64,000 bases of DNA, taken from Setoptus koraiensis. Taxonomy: Eukaryota; Animalia; Arthropoda. Numbering within the stretch: position 1 is the stretch's first letter; every line of letters begins with the position of its first letter. Both the position numbers and the translations under genes were made by a program. The notes under the pieces were generated by a model that searched no databases, was not told where the DNA came from, and saw nothing but the letters and a program-made list of their open reading frames with translations. Positions 59,201 through 64,000 of this stretch are shown here, piece after piece. The stretch lies in assembly GCA_048013815.1 (NCBI GenBank), contig CM106585.1:18228001-18292000 (forward strand), given 5' to 3'.

Positions 59201-60379
59201 CATCGCCATGTTGTACAGCCGTTGTCGGCCCACCGATAACAAGGTGCGTTGTGCAGCACGCTTCTGACACTACGACCAACCAACAAGCAAGTTGTTTTTA
59301 CAATAATTTCGTTGCTGGCCAGACAATAGAAAGTCGCTTATTAATTAATTCAGTCACACACACACACAGATAAGGTTTGGGTGCATCGCGGACCGAGTCA
59401 AAAATTGAACAAGCGACGAGCTCAGCACCCAGCCAAGGCTCTCAAGCCGATTGTGCCATTGTGAACGCAACCATTGAAATATTTCCAACTCTAGGGCTGG
59501 CTAGACCAACGGCGCCGGGCACCGTCCGGCTTGCGATTGCTAAATAAATGGGGCCCTTTGTGCCGGTGCCTCATCGAGCTCTCTGCAGCAGTGGTTGATC
59601 CAGCGAGGCAAGAAATGTTGTGCCACTAGCTTGCCTAACATCTCTTCTCGCCTCACTATGGACTCTAATGCTCGCTACTTTAGCCTGATTTATGATCGTT
59701 GCAGCGTTTTACCACTCAAGACATCATAACTCAATCTCTCAAAATTTAATACCATCCATGCGCTGCGATACACACTATATTTGTTGCTGTTGTTGTTGCT
59801 ACTGTTGTTGTTGTTATTTGTGAGGAATAGTTGCATACTGTTGCAATTTTAATTTTGTTACTGCAGACTATTTCCAATGGACTTGCTCATTCTATTTATA
59901 TACTTTATAGGTGCGAGAAGCGTTTCGCCCGCGTTGCCCCCTCTTATTATTCTGTCCTCTCAGAATCGGGCCGGAAAGAACACTGCTCAATCTTGTGAGC
60001 CATATCAGCCCAGCTAGAGGCAATTTTTTGCGCTATCAGCGAGCTGCCCCCTGAACGAAAGATTCCCTTCTGTTATTAGTAAGGCGAGCAGGAGAGATAA
60101 AGTCAATCATCTCAACTATCGCTAGGCGCTCTGTGAGAGGCCCCCAATCTTCTTTGGCCTCGATCTATCTGGGGCCGGCAACGGCACTCTTTTTTGTCTT
60201 TCCCAACACACATTAACACACGCTTTTTGTCCAATTTCCTCCTTGCTGATGTCAACCAAACCAAATGGCATATCCCGAAAAACCATACCTACCATGTTGA
60301 ACGCTCAATACTCAAACATACATGACTGTGTGGAATTCATCCACTGGCACTCCACTTATAACGTTATGGTTCAATGCAG

Positions 60380-60429
60380 TGGCGGTTGTGGTAATGTTTT
60401 TTCTCTGTTGGGCCCCGTTCCACGCTCAG
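60380..60429 (+). CDS. PRXamide GPCR exon 2 (TM6)
   Basis: tcaatgcag|TG GCG GTT... completes the phase-1 codon from exon 1 and reads VAVVVMFFLCWAPFHAQ|GTAAGC, the family TM6 signature. Confidence 0.93.
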
Positions 60430-60555
60430 GTAAGCATTTCAAGTCAACAAAATTATCCACGTATTGTTGCCACTGACCGCACTATTGTAGCCCTCCATTA
60501 AACCCTGCTCTTTCGTGTTATGTCACCCTTCGTATCAACAATATCAACCACACAG

Positions 60556-60680
60556 AGGCTGATGGCCATTTACATAAGTAACGAGCCCACAATCACTCAA
60601 ATAGCCATCTTTGAATTGCTCAATCATATTAGTGGGATATCGTACTATATAAGTGCCACTGTAAATCCAATACTCTACAG
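60556..60680 (+). CDS. PRXamide GPCR exon 3 (ECL3-TM7)
   Basis: cacacag|AGG gives RLMAIYISNEPTITQIAIFELLNHISGISYYISATVNPILY; donor AG|GTACGT. Confidence 0.93.
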
Positions 60681-60808
60681 GTACGTACAGGCTGTATTAA
60701 TCGCTGCAAAGCAATTGATTATATAATAGTAATACATAGTATAACATAAACAACAACTAATTGCAATCCTTTTCTACGCACTCAACAAACTATTCTCTCA
60801 CTATTCAG

Positions 60809-60878
60809 TCTGCTGTCTAGCAAATTCCGTCAAGCATTCCGTGATACATTTGGCTCGGTGCGTTGGTGTCGCCGATAA
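60809..60878 (+). CDS. PRXamide GPCR exon 4 (helix 8 and short tail)
   Basis: ctattcag|T completes Ser; reads SLLSSKFRQAFRDTFGSVRWCRR*. The spliced product is about 973 aa. Confidence 0.9.
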
Positions 60879-61772
60879 GTGCACATACTTTACATGTAAT
60901 ACATTATACAGGCGCGAGTGGCTGCAATAGTGGCTGAATCAAATTGAACTTATGGTAATCATTGTATATGGAAGGAAACAAAACTGACTGACTGATGGGA
61001 CTAGCTCGGCTTGCCGACGTCAAGCTCAAATTGGAGCCAGAAGAAGAAAAGAAGCAGTAGAGTGAAAGTTGAATAAAGATATATAATAATAAAGTAGAAG
61101 TAGTTGACTGTATGACACAAACTACTTTCAAAGAAGACTCTGACAGATACACTCTGTCCGGTCTCGCCATTGTTCGTTTGTGTCTAGGTTTGGGTTTGGG
61201 TCTCGTATCGAGTCTCGTCACGCTCAAGGATGTATGTGTGATTTTCAGTGAATGCTTTATTATTAGCTTGTGGCACATAGTGAGTGGCTTACGAATGTGA
61301 TCTTTTTCTGGATCTCTTCTCATCTAAACACCGGATACGACACTGTCCAAGTTTCGTGGCAAATCATTATCGGGATCAAAAGCCCTGATGTGTGCGTCAC
61401 GGTCGTCATGGTGTTGTAAGGCGGCGTTATGAATGGCAAATAATATCATATCATTAATATGTCGCCAGGGCTGACTTTTCTGTATACGTCCGAGCGGCAC
61501 TAATTTGACTAAGCCGTGCTCATCAATCACAGTGGATGGAGTGCTGTGGTGAATATTTTGAATTTGTCCCGGCTGTTGCAATTGGCTCCCTCTATAAGCA
61601 CCAAGTTGGTGTCTGGCTCCAGTTGTATTTTGGCACCCCTGCTAGGTAAATCGGTTTTGCTTGGAATATTATAGAACAGTGTCCCTAGATTGAGCATATT
61701 AGATGGTGTTACCAGATCTGAGAATTAAAAAACGGATCGGATGCATCTAGTGAGATAATTGACAGTGAGCGA

Positions 61773-61883
61773 TCACGAGTGAGATGGATTCCTGGCCGCC
61801 AAGTAGTGATATAGTATGATGAGTGCAAAGAGTAACGCTCCCAATGCGTTGACAATCAAGGTCAATTGAATGTCAGTGAGCAT
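61773..61883 (-). CDS. OST4: Oligosaccharyltransferase subunit OST4, 36 aa (below the ORF-track cutoff)
   Basis: My translation MLTDIQLTLIVNALGALLFALIILYHYLAARNPSHS matches the OST4 pattern M-I/L-T-D-x-Q-L...N-x-L-G...L-Y-H-Y. Confidence 0.92.
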   Translation of the reverse strand: MLTDIQLTLIVNALGALLFALIILYHYLAARNPSHS

Positions 61884-62203
61884 TGTAAATATCGCCGGTA
61901 TTATCCTCGATTAATTCTTCACTATGCCTTTGTCCTCGCGTGTATCCAACTGATTGGTGTCAACGGCCTGGCGTCTAGTGTCTCATGTCCAGCCGCATAA
62001 ATATTGGTCTGTGGTTACTGACAGCTGTGAGTAATTACTAATTAGATGATACACAATCGGCGTGGTTACTTGTCAGCCAATTCTGACATTGACAGGATAT
62101 TGTGGCCGGCAGGTGAAATTCAGCAATAATATTACCAAGTACGCTTACAGCATTGATTTTCGTGAGTGCGTCTTCGTTCAGCGCTTCATCCAGTCTGCTG
62201 CCG

Positions 62204-62446
62204 GTGATCGGGGGTGGGGAGGGAGGAGGCGACCTCCCCAGCGCCGCGGGGAACTCCCAGCGGCCCCGCTGCCGGTCCCGGACCCCGCAAATTGTCCTAA
62301 TCCCTCAAATTTTTCTTATATACAACAAGTACATCGATCTTTGATTTATTCTCTCTATTCTTTGCAATGCTAGCTGAGACCGCCCCAATCCCAGCTCGCC
62401 AACCCGAAACGGGGAGCGGTAGGGGGTGGGAGCCTCCCCCGATCAC
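62204..62446. mobile_element. Candidate MITE-like element with perfect 11-bp terminal inverted repeat, copy 3
   Basis: GTGATCGGGGG ... CCCCCGATCAC; GC-rich arms around an AT-rich core; no target-site duplication found. Confidence 0.4.
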
Positions 62447-62578
62447 TAGAGTCATCACTTATGTTTTATTATTATTTAATATATTTTTTACAATATTACG
62501 CTTGTTGTCCAAGAGAGAGTTGTCACATTATCACGAAATCGGGTAGAGAGTTTTCCTGGTGTGAGGGGTGGCACAATG

Positions 62579-63856
62579 TCACCATTTGCTACTGAAACGC
62601 AAGATGAAGTCCTTGTTGAACTCCAATAGAGTTGGCCTGAGTCGATTCAAACTCGACTCAATGTCTTGATTGATAGACTTTGTTGACAGGTGTAACATTT
62701 TCAAGCGACCCAATCGGTGCAAATGGTCGGACATTTGATCTGTAACTTCATCCAGGAACGAATAAGAGTCTATAGTGAGATATTTTAAACCGGTTAGATG
62801 ATCCACCATGCTGAACAATGTGTCCGGCAGTGGTTCGTCAAACAACAAAGGCATATCACAGCTAGAATCATCCATGAAATGTAGTGTCTCTAAATTGATC
62901 ATGTGCTGTAGGCAATACAATTGATCCTCATCTATTGAATTGTCGGCGTCTATTGCTCGACTGTAATGCACCTTCAGATCAACAAGTGAGGATAGGTCAA
63001 TTCGAGCCGCATAGTAGATCAAATCCGACAAACTGATTGATTTCAAAGTTTTAATTTGGGGACTTTGCTCCAGCAATGCTTCCGCTATCTCTCTAATGGG
63101 AGGATTTGATATATTTATCGTGTCCAATCGCCCTCCAGATGGCAATACTTCTCTGCAATCCTCTAGATGATCTAAATCATCGAATCTATTGCAACACAGG
63201 TTTATTCGGCGCAAATTTGGCGACCGCGATATCATGGTCCAAAAACAGCAGCCAGTAACATTGTGACACGACACCAGTTCTAAACGAGTCAGTCTAGGCA
63301 TAGTGTCGCTATCTAACAAATTGGCTGCGTCACAACAGCAGCCTACACTGGAGAAATCTATGAACCACAATTCTAATAGTTTTAATGTTTGACTAACACC
63401 GAAGGAACTCATCAAACTGTTTCGATCTATTTTCATGTACCGTCTAACGTAGATATTCAGGCCAGAGCAATAATAAAAATATCTTGCCAGAAACTCTTCA
63501 ATCAGTTGACATTCAGTTTTGTGTTTCTGGCGAATCACATTTGTGTCGCAATCGTCCAAATCATCTGTATTGTCCTCATTGTCATTCTGTGATTGTATTC
63601 TCAATAGCTCTTGTCTAAGGTGTTTATAGTAGATGTCATAGAAATCAATATTGTCAAACTGTTGAGTCATACCTTTGGTTTGTTCCTCAACATGCAATCT
63701 ACCTATGATGTCGTGAGCCACTTTTGCATGACCTTTTGATGTTACATAACGAGATAAATAGTACCATCTTTTGTTGACTAATGCACAACTCAGTAGTGTT
63801 GAACGATCCAAGTACTCAAATATAGTCAAGAGAGCGTAATCGTCGAGCTGGTCCAT
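62579..63856 (-). CDS. F-box protein with degenerate leucine-rich-repeat-like C-terminus, 425 aa, intronless
   Basis: N-terminal F-box LDDYALLTIFEYLDRSTLLSCALVNKRWYYLS; LRR-like LKLLELW, LTRLELVSC, LRRINLCCN, LETLHF, LKYLTI, LKMLHL. Confidence 0.85.
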   Translation of the reverse strand: MDQLDDYALLTIFEYLDRSTLLSCALVNKRWYYLSRYVTSKGHAKVAHDIIGRLHVEEQTKGMTQQFDNIDFYDIYYKHLRQELLRIQSQNDNEDNTDDLDDCDTNVIRQKHKTECQLIEEFLARYFYYCSGLNIYVRRYMKIDRNSLMSSFGVSQTLKLLELWFIDFSSVGCCCDAANLLDSDTMPRLTRLELVSCHNVTGCCFWTMISRSPNLRRINLCCNRFDDLDHLEDCREVLPSGGRLDTINISNPPIREIAEALLEQSPQIKTLKSISLSDLIYYAARIDLSSLVDLKVHYSRAIDADNSIDEDQLYCLQHMINLETLHFMDDSSCDMPLLFDEPLPDTLFSMVDHLTGLKYLTIDSYSFLDEVTDQMSDHLHRLGRLKMLHLSTKSINQDIESSLNRLRPTLLEFNKDFILRFSSKW

Positions 63857-64000
63857 CTTATGAAGCTACTTGATGATTGATTGGGACTGGATTTAATTGG
63901 TGTCGATTGATTTGTCTCAAGATGTGATTATTTAGGATTATGGTAGAAGAGTTGTTGATAAGATGCCTTAGTTCGGGCATCGTATCTTGCATTATTTTTG

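Noticed and set aside
62215-62310. HDV-like (R2-type) ribozyme suggested by CCTCCC and CTAA
   Set aside because: P2 and P3 cannot be placed adjacent as required, L3 does not fit CCTCCTCG, and no retrotransposon ORF follows.
1-64000. tRNA, rRNA, telomeric arrays, autonomous transposase or reverse-transcriptase ORFs
   Set aside because: None recognised by eye; tRNAscan-SE, Infernal and RepeatModeler would be needed to exclude them firmly.

Overview
Eukaryotic genomic DNA, not prokaryotic: GT-AG introns, microsatellites, no operons, CRISPR array, rRNA or tRNA. The gene set and the intronless housekeeping genes point to a compact, intron-poor arthropod genome; a mite such as an eriophyoid is my inference, not shown. 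The window has three domains. (1) About 1-18 kb is a tightly packed, AT-richer block: a Yippee-like gene, Fcf2/DNTTIP2, mitochondrial phosphate carrier, a NAB-like corepressor (2-3 exons), a 4.3-kb intronless Aquarius helicase and LST8. (2) About 20-60 kb is a GC-richer, repeat-laden, gene-sparse block: a 3xPAN+ZP matrix gene (minus strand), an orphan secreted Gly/Asn/Arg/Gln-rich protein, and a PRXamide (pyrokinin/capa/NMU-type) GPCR whose third intracellular loop is about 600 aa and whose TM6-TM7 exons lie beyond a 19.4-kb intron. (3) About 60-64 kb is compact again, with a 36-aa OST4 gene absent from the ORF track and an F-box/LRR-like gene. The best leads are the orphan secreted protein, the giant-loop GPCR, a candidate GATC-G5-ended MITE-like family in three copies, GGGCCC enrichment in the long intron, and a NAB that seems to lack NCD2. 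All comparisons to known proteins are from memory; no searches were run.
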